Made by a program: the position numbers and the translations under genes. The notes under the pieces are model-generated. The model was given only the letters and a program-made list of their open reading frames with translations. It did no database searches and was not told the origin of the DNA. 64,000 nucleotides of DNA, taken from positions 88,474,001 to 88,538,000 of the forward strand of contig OZ024742.1 in assembly GCA_964016885.1 (NCBI GenBank). The letters run 5' to 3'. How positions within the stretch are numbered: the stretch's first letter is position 1; the number at the start of each line of letters is the position of its first letter. Below, one piece after another: positions 35,501-47,465 of the stretch. Source of the stretch: Eledone cirrhosa. Its lineage: Eukaryota.

Positions 35501-36175
35501 AGGATGTCAACCGAATCTTGTCCTAGCCCGTCAGCATTCATCTCCTCAGTGGCCGTATCTCTGTTCCAGGTATTATTTATCTCAGTACTCAGATCATTGT
35601 CTGCTTCGGGTGGTTCCGCCGTTCTCAGGACCTCCTCACCTTCATTTCCCACCGGCTCGCTTGTCTGGCATACTACACCCGCCATCTCCAAGCCATTCTC
35701 TCTGCTCAGTTCCTCCAGTTCCAGCTCGCTTATCCACCCATTAGTTCTTATTACCCGAGCCTGCCCGGCCAATTTTTGTTCATCTAATTTAAATAAACCA
35801 ATCTCGTTCCAGATGTTATGCATCCGTCTCCTGTAGCCCCTCTCCTTGGGGTTACTTTTCAGGTAGCATTGCATAACAGTTCTATTCAATCCTTTCGTCC
35901 AGTTGGTTCTGGCCCCTTTCCTTCTTCTCCTTCCTCCAACATCAGCAGTATTTGGTTGACAGTCAGGTTCCTGCTGCTGAGCCAGGGGGCACCTGTTGGG
36001 TGAGAGTCTGTCACATGACGTTCTAGTCTCCATTTCACCGTTATTCGAACTGTTTATGTTCGATATTTAAACACTCTTATCGAGGATTGGCGAATGTATG
36101 TTTACATAGTCATCTGTGGATCCGCCATCCCACTTGGCCCTTGTGTGGCATTATCACCACGCTGTATACGAACAC
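32560..36175 (-). mobile_element. R4/Dong D1, full-length and potentially competent
   Basis: ~140-nt 5' UTR, single intact ORF, ~80-nt 3' UTR, (TAA)n on both sides. Confidence 0.96.
32641..36033 (-). CDS. R4/Dong polyprotein: Myb-like N-terminus, reverse transcriptase, CCHC finger, restriction-like endonuclease (1130 aa)
   Basis: NWTKGLNRTVMQCY; WKSPGPD, NYRPITCL, DYRKAFD, IFQGDSLSP, LFMDD, YKYLG; CRICGEREETVAHIVSEC; RHD, RPD, DVACP, KINRYQDL. Confidence 0.96.
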   Translation of the reverse strand: METRTSCDRLSPNRCPLAQQQEPDCQPNTADVGGRRRRKGARTNWTKGLNRTVMQCYLKSNPKERGYRRRMHNIWNEIGLFKLDEQKLAGQARVIRTNGWISELELEELSRENGLEMAGVVCQTSEPVGNEGEEVLRTAEPPEADNDLSTEINNTWNRDTATEEMNADGLGQDSVDILNLVVDELNNDSGRPMNLRFVDRKKLKETTAKVNKVIPYLEARSLHECNNILRATANTVRKLLGIKARGNNRQERAEPWWKKRLSGQIGEMRNDIGKLESLLNGTLKNIGTKNRLEIKYKTRSKKLNIIIEELKQRIVAKSAKIRRYENRVSQYKQNRMFDNNKKMLFGQLEGKERGNDLIPGAEQTKTFWRGIWEQDVRHNAQAEWIETVQREIGEQAQQQTDLSITVETLKGQAKKLTNWKSPGPDGVQGYWIKHLTSLHPKLTAMFNDCLVSGEVPEWLTKGTTVLIMKDRIKGNDATNYRPITCLPVMWKLLTSIVSEEIYHHLHTNNLLPDEQKGCRKKSRGTKDQLLIDKMVMGNCRRRHTDLAMGWIDYRKAFDMVPHSWITKSLEIFRVADNIRQLLGRSMGSWETELTSTGVSLGSVKIKRVIFQGDSLSPLLFVLALMPLTIMLRKVRAGYKLGRGELTINHLLFMDDLKLFGKSEKELDVLVDTVRIFSSDICMQFGIGECGVIVMKRGRLSKSNGIQIPTGEMIKEIDSEEGYKYLGVLEADGIKNKKMKELLRTEYIRRVRSVLRSRLNSRNAISAVNSRAVSIIRYSAGILRWNVAEQKEMDRKTRKLLTIYNMFHKRGDVDRLYLRRSEGGRGLISIEDCVQMEKNNLYKYVTYSKEPMLRAVLKEGTVGQGMSREEITSRRKSSLKGKPLHSTFFEKTEFRDPQTWNWLRRGDLKKATEGMLMAAQEQALKTKWLKHHIYKEEASPLCRICGEREETVAHIVSECKHLAQTHYKGWRHDVMGRVIHWHLCKVNNLPHSEKWYEHRPEAVMENNQVKVLWDFRIQTDKKLEHNRPDLVVVDKEKRSCLIVDVACPFDTRVQEKEREKINRYQDLKWEVKRIWNCHEVKVIPIVIGALGTISKSFQGWLKKIGPFTLFGTLQKACLLGTARTLRYVLNI

Positions 36176-36199
36176 AATTATTATTATTATTATTGTTAT

Positions 36200-36415
36200 T
36201 GTTATTCCTTGAATCTCAGTCATTGATGTTGGTTAACTGGAAAGTCCGTTGGATTGAATATCAAGCCACTACCTGCAGCCTCAGATATTCAGGACGTATC
36301 GGAGGGTTCTTGCTGTTCCAAGCAAGCATGCCTTTTGAAGCGTTCCAAAAAGCGTGAAGGGGCCGATTTTCTTTAACCTTCCCTGGAAACTTTTGGAGAT
36401 AGTCCCCAGTGCGCC

Positions 36416-36418
<3 letters not shown>
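36200..36418 (-). mobile_element. R4/Dong D1, very short 5'-truncated copy
   Basis: Near-identical to 32560-32778. Confidence 0.93.
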
Positions 36419-36452
<34 letters not shown>

Positions 36453-36982
36453 GGAGTCTCAATCATTGATGCCATTTAACTGCAAAGTCTTTTAAATGAA
36501 CATCATGCCGCTGCGTGCAGCCTCAGATATTCAGGACGTATCTGGAGGGTTCTTGCTTTTCCCAGCAAGCATGTCTTTTGAATTGTTCTAAAAAAGGAGG
36601 CTGGACTAATTCTATTAAACCATCCTTGAAATCTCTTCGATATAGTACATAGTTCTTCTATAACAATCGGGACGACCTCGATCTCATGACAGTCCCACAT
36701 CATTTTTAATTCGCACTTTAAATTCTGGTATCGCTTAATTTTTCGTTCTCCTTTCCTTACATTTTGTGTCAAAGGGGAAAGCCACATCTACAATCAGGCA
36801 TGATTTTGTCTTGTCAAAAACCACCAGGTCAGGCCTATTGTGTTCTAATTTCTTGTCTGTCTGTATCCTGAAATCCCATAGCACCTTTAATTAATCGGTT
36901 TCCATCACCGACTCTGGCTTATGCTCATACCACTTCTCCGAATGTGGTAAATTATTTAATTTTCTTAAATGGCAATGAATCA
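36453..36982 (-). mobile_element. Older D1-related 5'-truncated copy
   Basis: KIKRYQNLKCELK...VVPIVI...QKTCLLGKAR. Diverged version of the same 3' UTR. Confidence 0.85.
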
Positions 36983-37019
36983 GTGGTCAGTGAATCCTTG
37001 TCAATATTATTATTATTCC

Positions 37020-38110
37020 TTTCTATTTTATTTCATATTCCTGTCGGATATGAGCCAGAGACCTAAGGCTCGTATATATTAGATAGAGAGAAACCTTTTT
37101 AAATGGTGAGTGGGTGGAATCAACACAACTTTTGAACCGCTTTGATTGTTGTTTTCCCAGGGATGTTTTCAAAAAGTTGACTTATGTTTCTTGATCATTT
37201 ACATGGCACTCATAACAACAATGATGATTTTGGTTTTTATTTGCCACATCCTAAATGATTCATTTTCAATATCCTTGTATTGAGATACTTTCTCAAATTC
37301 TTCTGCTGGGATGTTTCTATCAGTAGGCATTGTCATATCAATTGACAGGCATATATTTTGTACTAGGTCTTTTGCGATGATACCAGGCCTGTTAGCATTT
37401 ATTTGCTTGTCAGTATGTATCACGTAATCCCATAGGGTGGTAACATTTTCTCCATTATTAACTGGATGGGATGGCTTTCATACCATTTCTTAATGAGCGG
37501 GATATCATAGTGACGGCACATGAGCCTGTGCAGTTATTGGTGAACACGATTATACATGGTTTTCTATTCTCTAGGAGCAAGGACTGAGTAACCAGCAACA
37601 ATGTGGTCAATGCTCCCAAGTTTGTCATAGCGGAATCTGCAATTTCTGTAGGCTTCATTTTGCAAGATATTTACTTCATAGTTTTGGGTAAGGAGATTCT
37701 GATCTTGAGATCTTGAGATTCTGATCTTGAGCCGCTTGGATAAATCCTTCTCTTGCGTCATTAAAACCAGTGCTATGCAGTCACAGATTTGTATCAGCTT
37801 ATCCAGCTCGTTTGGGGTATTGTCTATGCAAGCCTTTTTTTACCACCACAGTCTCTATATTTCCTTCAATCTTTACACTTTGCCTTGAAATGGTTAGTCT
37901 TTATAGCCGTATAATTCTGTTTTGCACCCATTTGCTCATGCGGAAGGATGTTTTAATAAGAACTTTGTTAGAATTGTCGGTAAGGATGGATGTAAATATT
38001 CTGTACATAGTTTTAGCTTTACCAGTTTTGTATTTCGCCCAATTTATGCCTAACGTGATCCAGTTTAGGAATCTTTTCGAGGTTTGTACCGACATCAGAG
38101 AAGCATACAT
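37020..38110 (-). mobile_element. Decayed R4/Dong-clade fragment, third family
   Basis: IHTDKQINANRPGII...IDMTMPTDRNI...EKVSQYKDIE; CRF...SIDHIVAG. Confidence 0.75.
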
Positions 38111-39437
38111 TTAAGTGGTGGTGTGATGTGAGATTATATCAAGTCAGCAGTTTAGTACTTTATCATGCCCGGAGACCTTCAACTTATGAGCTTTATACAG
38201 AGCTTAAGTTAGTTCCATTCCTGTACTTAAAACCCAGAAAATCTTCCTTCTGTTCGCCCTATCCATTCAGTTTTCTCGTTAAATACCTTCTCAAAATGTC
38301 TCTATTTCTTTCATATCAGCTAGGTGTTTTATATTTCACTAACTCTCTGGAGAATTTCTTAGTTTCAATTTTAAATAAATTATTGCTGTAAAGGTGTTGC
38401 TCTTTTCATATATATCTAAGCGTTGTGACTTTACCTAAACATTTTTGCATATCCTCTATTTTGCTCTTTCCACTTGTTGCACAGCATTTGTTGCTGCTGA
38501 TGCAAAACTTTTGACAACGAGTTGACTGACATAGCATGTTTAATGGGCAAACATTTTGCTGGGTACCCTAGTAGTTCCAAGGAGAACTGTTTACTATATG
38601 TGCCCCACCATGATATTGGTCCCACTTTTATCTAAACATCTATTACGTTTGGTGCTCACAGTAACCAGCGTCTCGATATGAACTGGCATCTCCTAAAACA
38701 TTGTCAGAAATTGTTTTATCTCCCGTGATTTTGGTTCGTATCTCTCAGATTTCTTGAATTCTTTGTCACGAACATTATAGTCAGTGGGACAAACCGTATC
38801 CCGAAACAAACATCGATTCTTACCTTTGTTGATCATGGCAATAACCGATTTACGATGTTCAAATTCATGGTCACATTGGAACATAGAGCTCCATAGATTC
38901 TTAACGTGGTTATTTTCTACATCCTCTGTGATCCCGTACCACTGGCTTGCTTTTTCAAGGCTGTATAACAGACAATGAAGGATTAACTTTAGAAAGTACG
39001 TTAGTTTGCAGCTTGGCAGCAGGAGAAGAATATCCATGCTGATGAACAGCGTCATGGGACGTTGGGAGGCCGGACAAATTATGTTAATTAGGATCCGGTT
39101 TGGGCTGGAATACCGTGTGGATAGGAAGTCGGATGAGGTAGCGAGCAGGGTGATAACTCCCAACCAGAAAAGACATGGGAGTATGCTATATTTGAAGTTT
39201 CAGGCAGAGGTGGTAAACGCATAAATTGACATCGTTGTATATTATCGATTGCCGAACGTGTCTTGCCCCTTTTTGTGTCTCGCCAAATTGAACGTCTTCT
39301 CCTTCATGCCGTGGCTGAAGATGTGCAGGTATGTTCTTAGACTATGGTTTCTAAATTAATGTTTGTATTTCTGGTTGCTTTGATTATGTGTTGAAATTTG
39401 AAAGCCATTGACCTCTGCATTTATGTTTATATGTTAC

Positions 39438-39521
39438 TGTATTTCTTGGTATCGTTTTAGTATTTCTTGGTATGGTTTTAGTATTTCTTGGTATCGTTTT
39501 AGTATTTCTTGGTATCGTTTT
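39438..39521. repeat. 21-bp tandem repeat x4 (GTATTTCTTGGTATCGTTTTA)
   Basis: Direct reading. Confidence 0.9.
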
Positions 39522-40465
39522 TTATTTAAAATATAGCGTGTTCACCTATCCTCTGTTTTCTTCATAGATACATATTTGTATATGCGGACGATATCGCCGT
39601 AGTTATGTGGGAACTTCGAATACTTTGATGTTATCAGGAGTACGAGCTGGTAGGAAAAATGAAAATAACTAAGAAAGGTTAGTGGACCTGCAGGATGATG
39701 CTTGGTGAGCTGCGTCCATATCACTCGTGGGACGTTGGACGTTGGACGTAGGGGCGGGTTTATTTGCTGATGTGTGGTATGGGTGATATCTCGATGTTGA
39801 CAATGACGGGGCTGAAGTGATGAGGTGGGTAACTAGTTACAAGTAGATATCTATCCCTGAAATATGTATCACAGTTGGTGAACGTCTACATTGTTTTTGT
39901 CCTCTATTACCGTCTAACCTTTGTAACGTGATCCATTTCTCGTGTGATCGGACATTGTCGTTTGTACTTTATTTTCTGTGGAAGAGACGCGTTCCGTTTC
40001 GTTAGCTGATCGATTTGCTTTCAACACACTTGTCTAAAACCTAGCCATGAGTTAAATAATGATGACCAGATAAGCTGTGTAGCTTCGATTTTTCCGCTGA
40101 GTCCCATGAACTGATACGTTCGGCGTGTTCCAGACGCACCTATATCCATTTCGTCTCTATAACAGGATAGAAGACTTTAAAGCAAAGACCATGATGGGGC
40201 TCTTGGCCTCTGGAAGGTCCGCAAATGCACTTAGTGAAATCTCCATATTGGCGTCCTATATAGGGCTGTATGTAGGGTTACGTAACTCTCCATCGAGGCG
40301 TAGGTGCGGTTTATTGACATACGGTGTCTGTTCGGAGTTTTAAGCCTGGAGGAGACCATCCCTCTCCTGGGTTGAATATAGTACATTCCTTCCAGGGAAA
40401 GATAGAAAACTAAGAGAGAGGAAAGTAGTAAGAGATATAGAGGATGAACCAACACCAGAACTAGA

Positions 40466-40608
40466 CTAGTACTTTATTTTATCGACCTCAAAGGGATGAA
40501 AGGCCAAGTTTACCATGGCGGGATTTGAACTCAGAGGGTTAGAGACGGAACAAATACCATAAAGCATACTATCTGACGTTCAAATGACTCTGTCAATTCG
40601 CCGCCGCC
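40466..40608 (-). mobile_element. tRNA-type SINE
   Basis: Reverse strand shows an A-box-like TTGACAGAGTCA, B box GAGTTCAAATCCC and core CCTTTCATCCCTTTGAGGTCGATAAAATAAAGTAC. Confidence 0.8.
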
Positions 40609-41404
40609 GATAGAGGACTAGTGGCATGTAAAGTAGATGTTTTTCCTGGTGAGTCTCCTGAATACGACGAAAATTACCTGGTTTCTCGCTTCCACTGCAT
40701 CTTCAGTCCAAGACAATGTAAAATATTTAGAAAACCCTGGCCTGTCGGTGACACAAGTTGATTGGATACTGCAGATGTATAATAAACTATACTTGTATGG
40801 AAGTGTCATCATCCGGACCTGTCCGAAATGCACATAGTAAAATGAACCCATCTTTCAAATACTTGTCCTATGTCCGAACGTAGCTGTTTTTTTAGGTTTA
40901 TGTCGAACAGCTGGTATCGCATTTAGGTGTAACCGGCTTTCAGATGACTCTCTGTGAAGGTCACACCACCACCCTTCTTTAGCCATGAACAGCAGCATTT
41001 GTTTTCACGGTCGCCATGGTGAATGATGTGTGAATTGGATAAGATTCAACATTAGTAACGGCAGATACTTTTTGTTTGAAGAAATCCTCATAAACTGTTT
41101 CAAGATTCACTGGAAGAGAAAATTGCGAGTGTGGATGTAAATGCTTCCAACCAGCATTAAATGTCAATATCTGGGAAATTGCAACTGTCTTGGTGGTCAG
41201 GCCGATCATGGTTTTTTTGTGAAGAGTTCTTGTATGTTTTTCTATCTATTGTCAACATTTCGTTGTGTAATTTTGTTATGTATTTTATTGAGTTTTTGTT
41301 ATTTCCCGTGTTTACCCTTTTTCATGTATATCTACATTATCATACAATCAAGCATCCTCTAATTTTACGTAGAATATTGTTGTTAATAAAGAATTGACAC
41401 TATC

Positions 41405-41600
41405 GGTGGGTTTGCAGTATCGGTATAGGGTTGGACAGCATGCTTTCTATCGTAGTTACGTCCCTTTACGGTATGAGTTCAAATCCCGTCGAGGTTAACT
41501 TTGTCTTTCATCCTTACGGGGTTGATAAAATAAAGTACCAGTAATGTACTGGGTAATAACTGGCCTTGTGCCAAAAGTAGAAACAATTATTGTTATTATT
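41405..41600 (+). mobile_element. tRNA-type SINE, full-length, ATT tail
   Basis: A-box-like TTGCAGTATCGG, B box GAGTTCAAATCCC, conserved core and ...CCTTGTGCCAAAAGTAGAAACAATTATT. Confidence 0.85.
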
Positions 41601-42712
41601 AAACATGTAGACAGGGTGGTGTCACATGATAGATGAACCATTTATCATGGCCTTTTACTTTCTGATTTCAAATCCCAATTTGGTCCAATTTACATTTGAA
41701 TTTCCTGGTGGCAATAAAATAAAACCCTAATCAAGTACTAGGTCGATTTCATCGACTCACCCCCACCTCAAACGAATACTCATGTCATACCTACATTAGA
41801 AATCACTAGTTAATACAATTACCAGCATTATATGCTTCCTATCAAACAACCCATGATGAACGATGAAGTCTTCCTGTCATTTGTCATACTAAACAACTTG
41901 ACTGTTCATAGTTATCCTCATTATGTATTAACTGAATTCTGAATGATTAATATTGATCCAATTATATATTTGTATAATAGCTCACAATATATGAGAACAC
42001 AATTTATTATTATTTGAAAGGATGTTTATATGAATCGAAATTTATAAACTATGTTTGTTGAATTTAAGTTTACTAAAAGTAGCGAATATAGAAATATTTT
42101 TTTGTAGGATTATAGAAGGAGTCCCTTTAAATATACTTCTGTGCATGTAACCTAATGTTTTACATTCATACGCACACACACGCACCCACAAACACACACA
42201 AACACAGATGCACATGCGTATGCGAGGGGGAAAAGTGCACTACACACTTGTGAGGAGTATGCAAAACTGGTTGCTGTTTTGTCCCTTTGTTTTTTAATAA
42301 TTTATTAATACATTCGCTGTTTATATAATTATGGAAGTCAGTCAAATAATATTTATCGAGAATTCTCGGACAGTGTTTAAACATGTACGTTCATGTTGCT
42401 GTCTGATCGCTGTGCAACACCAGAACATTACTACCACTACAGATATCACAGGTTTCACTTTGTTGACAGTCAATATAAAGATGTAAAATCAACAGCCAGC
42501 TTCTATCATATTCGTCCTATGTGATATAAGTGATTCATGCAATAATTGGAACATTCGATCGGTCAGCTGGTGGTGGGGATAATGTCATGCGATGCAACAA
42601 AACAAATCAACAACTGGTTTAAATATTTTACTAAAATCGAAATAACCCACTAGATCAACTGTCTTGAATTTAAAGGAAACAGATGGCAGATGCCAAAGGA
42701 CACACGGAAATC

Positions 42713-42846
42713 CATACATTCATACATATACACATACATGCATACATACATGCATGCATACATGCATACATACATGCATGCATACATGCATACACACATA
42801 CATACATACATACATACACACATACATACATACATACATATATATA
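42713..42846. repeat. (CATA)n/(CATG)n tetranucleotide microsatellite
   Basis: Direct reading. Confidence 0.95.
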
Positions 42847-42859
42847 CTAAAATATAATT

Positions 42860-44760
42860 CAACAGCACCTAAACGACAAGTGCTAAATAGATTGTTTGCC
42901 AGAGATCCTAAATCAGTTTATCGCAGCTTCGGTGGAAAAAGCTCAATCTCTGTAAATGACACCCCTTGAAAAGAACAGGTTGAGAGCTACTGGAGATATG
43001 TATGGGAAACGGATTACGGATTTAACAGACAAACTAATTGGCTAAAAGAATTGGAACAGGACTAATGCCAACATGTCCAGACAGAAAATATGACATAGAT
43101 GGGTCAATACTGGAAACAGCTCTACAGAAAATGTCGAATAGGAAATCACCAGGCCCAGACCTCATTACAGGATATTGGTTGAAATTCTTCGGCAAGATCT
43201 CATACGGCTGTTTACAGAAACCATTAAAGGCACACAAGAACTGCCCAGATGGCTATCAACTGCCACTACTCTCCTCATTCCCCAAAATAGCCAAACCACC
43301 CTTGCTAAAAATTACCGCCCAATAGCCTGCCTAAACATCATATATAAATTATATACTGGGTGCTACCAACAACATCATGTCACCTGAGAAATCTGGAGGA
43401 AAGAAGGCGGTGTGGGGTTGCATAGGTCACCTACTGACTAATAATATGATTCAAGAAAAAAACAACAAAGAATCGCAGAAATATGACTGTGCTGTGGCTG
43501 GACTATCAAAAAGCATTTGATAGTGTACCTCGTGGGTGGATTGTTAAGGCTTTACAGTTAGCCAAAGTCCCACAACCACAGGTAGCTGCTGTTGAACGTC
43601 TGACCAAGAACTGGTGCACCAATTTAATCCTTAGAGGTGAGAAGGAGCAAGTTAAGACTGATAAGATACATTACCAGAAGAGAATCTTTCAGGGTTGTCA
43701 GTGCTACTCTTCGTTCTCTCACTAAATCTATCTTACCTACTCAGGAAACAAGGTGGCCAAAGAAGTGGGTCCAGAACTATCTCCCATCTTTTCTTTGTTG
43801 ATGACCTGAAGTTGTATGGGCCAAATATCAATGACATCAAGGAACAATTGGACCTCATTACACAATTTTCAACAGACATCAAAATGAAATTTGGTGAGTC
43901 CAAGTGTGGATATTTGGCAGTAAAACGTGGAAGAGCTGTGCCCTCCTCTAGAAATCTTGAAATGAACGGCCTGACAATACAACCTCTACAGTCAGGTGAC
44001 AACTACAGATATCTTGGACAGGATGAGAATGTCAGATATGATGGACCCATAAATAAGGAGAGAACCAGAACTGAATACCTCAGACGAGTAAAGAAAATAT
44101 GGTCATCAGAACTGTCAGCGTACAACAAATACATTGCCCACAATACTTATGCTGTGCTAATTCTAACGCCAACATTTAGCCTGCTGATCTGGTTATTGCA
44201 ATAACTAAGTGAGATGGATGTTAGAACTCGCAAACTTCTCAGTGTTACTGGGAACTTTAACATCAATGGTGATGTGGATAGTCTATACGTCTCACGCAAG
44301 GAAGGTGGCCGGGTCTAAAATCCATATTAACATCATATGAGACCCGGATAGTAACACTGAAGCAACATCACCAACAGAGGAAAAAGGTTGGCAACCATCT
44401 TGCCCAGGTTTATGAGTATGAAAAAAATCATTAGAATAGCCACTGATCTTGAGGAAGATATGGAATAAAGCCTGATATAAATCTCTCACCCAGAGAAATC
44501 GGAAGATCCTATTCAATGTTCATTCAAACAAGATGAAAACATTGACCAATTTACAGAAAATCTTGTGCATGGATACTTGAGACGTAAAACACAGACCATA
44601 GAGGGGATAAACCACTCAAAAAGCCTGGCATAGAGTTCCGACAAGTTTATGACATCACACCTTGAGGGATATCTCTATGCAATACAGGAACAAGAACTCC
44701 CTACCAAATATCTGCTGCAGAAAATGGGAGGTACATCAGCTGACAATAAATGTAGGCAAC
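42860..44760 (+). mobile_element. Decayed R4/Dong-clade element, fourth family
   Basis: NRLFARDPKSVYR, KSPGPDLITGYWLK, NYRPIACLN, DYQKAFDSVP, FFVDDLKL, YRYLG, EGYLYAIQEQ. Confidence 0.88.
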
Positions 44761-44836
44761 TAATAACAGATACTAATAAAAAGGTGGATAAAAACAATAA
44801 TAAAGTTAAGTTGAAGAATTTATCTAATGTTTAATT

Positions 44837-44944
44837 AATTGTTTCTACTTTTTTGGTACAAGGCCAGCAATTACCCAGAGTATTACTGGTACTTTATTTT
44901 ATCGACCCCGTAAGGATGAAAGGCAAAGTTAACCTCGGCGGGAT
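44837..44944 (-). mobile_element. 5'-truncated SINE with target-site duplication
   Basis: SINE core on - strand. ATCTAATGTTTAATTAAT is repeated at 44822-44839 and 44943-44960. Confidence 0.9.
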
Positions 44945-45479
44945 CTAATGTTTAATTAATAATGTTTAAATAATAATTTTGCTTAAATGTTTATAATAAT
45001 TTATCAATTCAATCCGTAGTTTAAATGTTTAAATATGTATGTTATATTATATTATTATTAGAGAATATATATTATTAACCATTATATTATTAAAGAATAT
45101 CTATTATTAAAAACAGTATATTTAAATTAAGCCGTTGGAATAGGGAAAAAAACGTAACAAAGAAAGAGATTATAAATGTCTGTTAGATATACCCTCAACT
45201 AAGGAATAAAGCCAAGCTGTTATGGATTCATATGGATATACTTTAAGAAGGAATATAACTTCATTTTAGGTCATGGTGATCTTTGTGATGATGAAAAGGG
45301 AATTTTGGCTTGTAAATATTCAGAAAATATAATATTTCTCTATTGAAGTCCAATATTTTATCAAAATGTTTAAAACGAGTCTACACCTTATCATTATATA
45401 GATTATCTACTACATGCTAAATGTAATAGATTTGGAACCACAACTTGCTTTCTAAGAATGTGGAAATTTATGGTTGGAA

Positions 45480-46100
45480 TGATTTCGGAAACTCTATAGG
45501 TTCCGTCCTGAGAATGACATTCTACCCAGAGGAAGGATAGTGGGCAAAAAGGCATCAGTAAACATCAGTAAACGCGTCTCAAGAACTTAGCTATGGCGTG
45601 GGCGACCTATAGGAAAGCCTACGACATGGTCCCCACAGTTGGAATGTTTGAGTGTCTGAAATTTACTCAAGTGACAGATGATGTAATGAGGTTTATAACA
45701 AGATCGATAGCTTGCTGGAACACAGAGCCAATTTCCAATCTACACGATCCCCCTGAGCCAAGTCCTTAAAAAAGTGAAAATGTGATATATGCTATACGCT
45801 ATTAAGATCACTGATCTGTTATGCTTGGATGGTTTAAAGTAATTTGCAAAAAAGGTGGATGTAAGTGACAGCTTAACATCTACTGTAAACTTGATTAGTC
45901 AGGATATTAGAGTAGATTTTGGCATCAACAATGGGTGTTGTAAATTAAATACGCTAACAAAGAGTAAGGACATCGACCTTGCAAATGGCCAGACTATTAA
46001 TAAGCAGGAGAGGAAGAGGTTACACATATTTGAGATTATTTGAGTGAAATAGGATCAAAGAGTAAGAAATAATGTTTTTCCATAAATGATATGAACATCA
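45480..46100 (+). mobile_element. Highly decayed R4/Dong-like RT remnant
   Basis: NLAMAWATYRKAYDMVP; SQDIRVDFGINNG. Confidence 0.6.
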
Positions 46101-46264
46101 TATCAGCAAGCATCCAGCAAGTCCCCGGCTATACTTATAAAACCCTGCAAACTTCGAAACCTCACCGTGTGTGGTAAACATCTATAAGAAAGATAAATGA
46201 AAGCATAACGTGACTTATCCATAGATGAGGAAGAAGATTATATGCTAAAAATTCACTTATCAGC

Positions 46265-46560
46265 CATATTATGAAAGACATTATTAGAGGGGAACCGATC
46301 AGCCTTCTGGAAGAACATGAAATATTCACTGATATGTTCTCCAAAGCCACCAATACGATTCTTTTTAACTGAGGTTAAACTATAACGTCAAATGAGCGAT
46401 GGTGCTTAACGATTTCCAAAGATTCTACACGAAGGAAATATATGAGCTACTGAGAGGATCTTGAAGAATTAAGATTCTATTCCGTGGATTGAAGGCGAGC
46501 AAAATGATTGGCGATAGGCATATGGAAGACTATGCAACGGCTAGTGCTTTGGCAGCAAAC
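46265..46560 (+). mobile_element. Highly decayed CR1/jockey-like RT remnant
   Basis: IMKDIIRGEPISLLEEHEIFTD resembles the CR1-type RT motif-1 region. Weak. Confidence 0.3.
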
Positions 46561-47175
46561 GCTATATCAAAACCTAAATAGGATACCCCTTCCTAGTTCC
46601 AAGCTTCTAGCCTCCCCGTATAGCATGTTTCAAGAGGACCGACTCATTAATGCCTTGCAAAAAGGAGAACTCCATATGGCGTGATTCTGTTGTCTAAAAT
46701 CAATCGCAGCTGAACATACAAACACGCACATGGAACAACTGAGTCATATTCCCTTATTCATTCGATAGTAAATCAAGTAGGGATAGTTCTCGAAAGTGTT
46801 ATCAATGTCAAGAGTAAAGAAATCTTAAGTTATTTTTTTTACTTGCTTTCTTTAGTTATTCGAGACTATCCTTTCTATAAAAAGGACAATACATTCTCTT
46901 TGTGCCCACATGCAAACATTTGTGTACTTCTCATTGCGTTGGCTTGCTTTTCAGATGCTGAAACTTCGAGTGGACCCGCAGTATTGATAGTAGGTGTAGA
47001 ACTTGCCTAAGTCCATATCAACGGCTTAAGACCTGGCATTTCTGTCTTACTTTGTCTTTTTTGCCATTGCTTTTTATCTTCAAAAAATCTTTTTAAGGGT
47101 GTCCCCTTTAAATATTCTTTTTTCTCCATTGTCTTCTCTTTGTCAATTCCCAATTTTATTACTATTATTATTATT

Positions 47176-47465
47176 TTGGCAGTATCGATAGAAGGTCGGA
47201 TGCCATGCTTTACAGCATAGAGTTACAGCCCTTTTTGATCTGAGTTGAAATCCCGCCGATTTTAACTTCGCCTTTCATCATTATGGGCTCGGTAAAATAA
47301 AGTACCAGAAAGGTACTCGGTAATTGCTGGCCTTGTGCTAAAAGTAGAAACTGTTATTATTATTTTGGAAGTATCGGTAGAATGGTAGACACCATGGTTT
47401 GCAGCAAAAATGATGGCCCTTTATGTTCTGAGTTCAAATCCTGCCAAGCTTAAATTCAATTCTAT
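47176..47465 (+). mobile_element. Two tandem tRNA-type SINE copies, each preceded by ATT repeats
   Basis: TTGGCAGTATCG...GAGTTGAAATCCC...CCTTGTGCTAAAAGTAGAAAC, then TTGGAAGTATCGG...GAGTTCAAATCC. Confidence 0.8.

Larger units (their letters stand above)
38990..41393 (+). mobile_element. Old fragmented Tx1-related element(s)
   Basis: LQLGSRRRISMLMNSVMGRW aligns with LQLGTWRGRSMPSNSVVGRW, and NKLYLYGSVIIRTCPKC with DKLYRHGGAVSRACPSC. The end TTGTTGTTAATAAAGAA resembles the Tx1 terminus. Confidence 0.65.

Noticed and set aside
33743-36003. Antisense ORFs over the R4/Dong and Tx1 coding regions
   Set aside because: Shadow ORFs without recognisable motifs.
39438-39521. CRISPR-like repeats
   Set aside because: Contiguous tandem units with no spacers, in eukaryotic context, with no cas genes.
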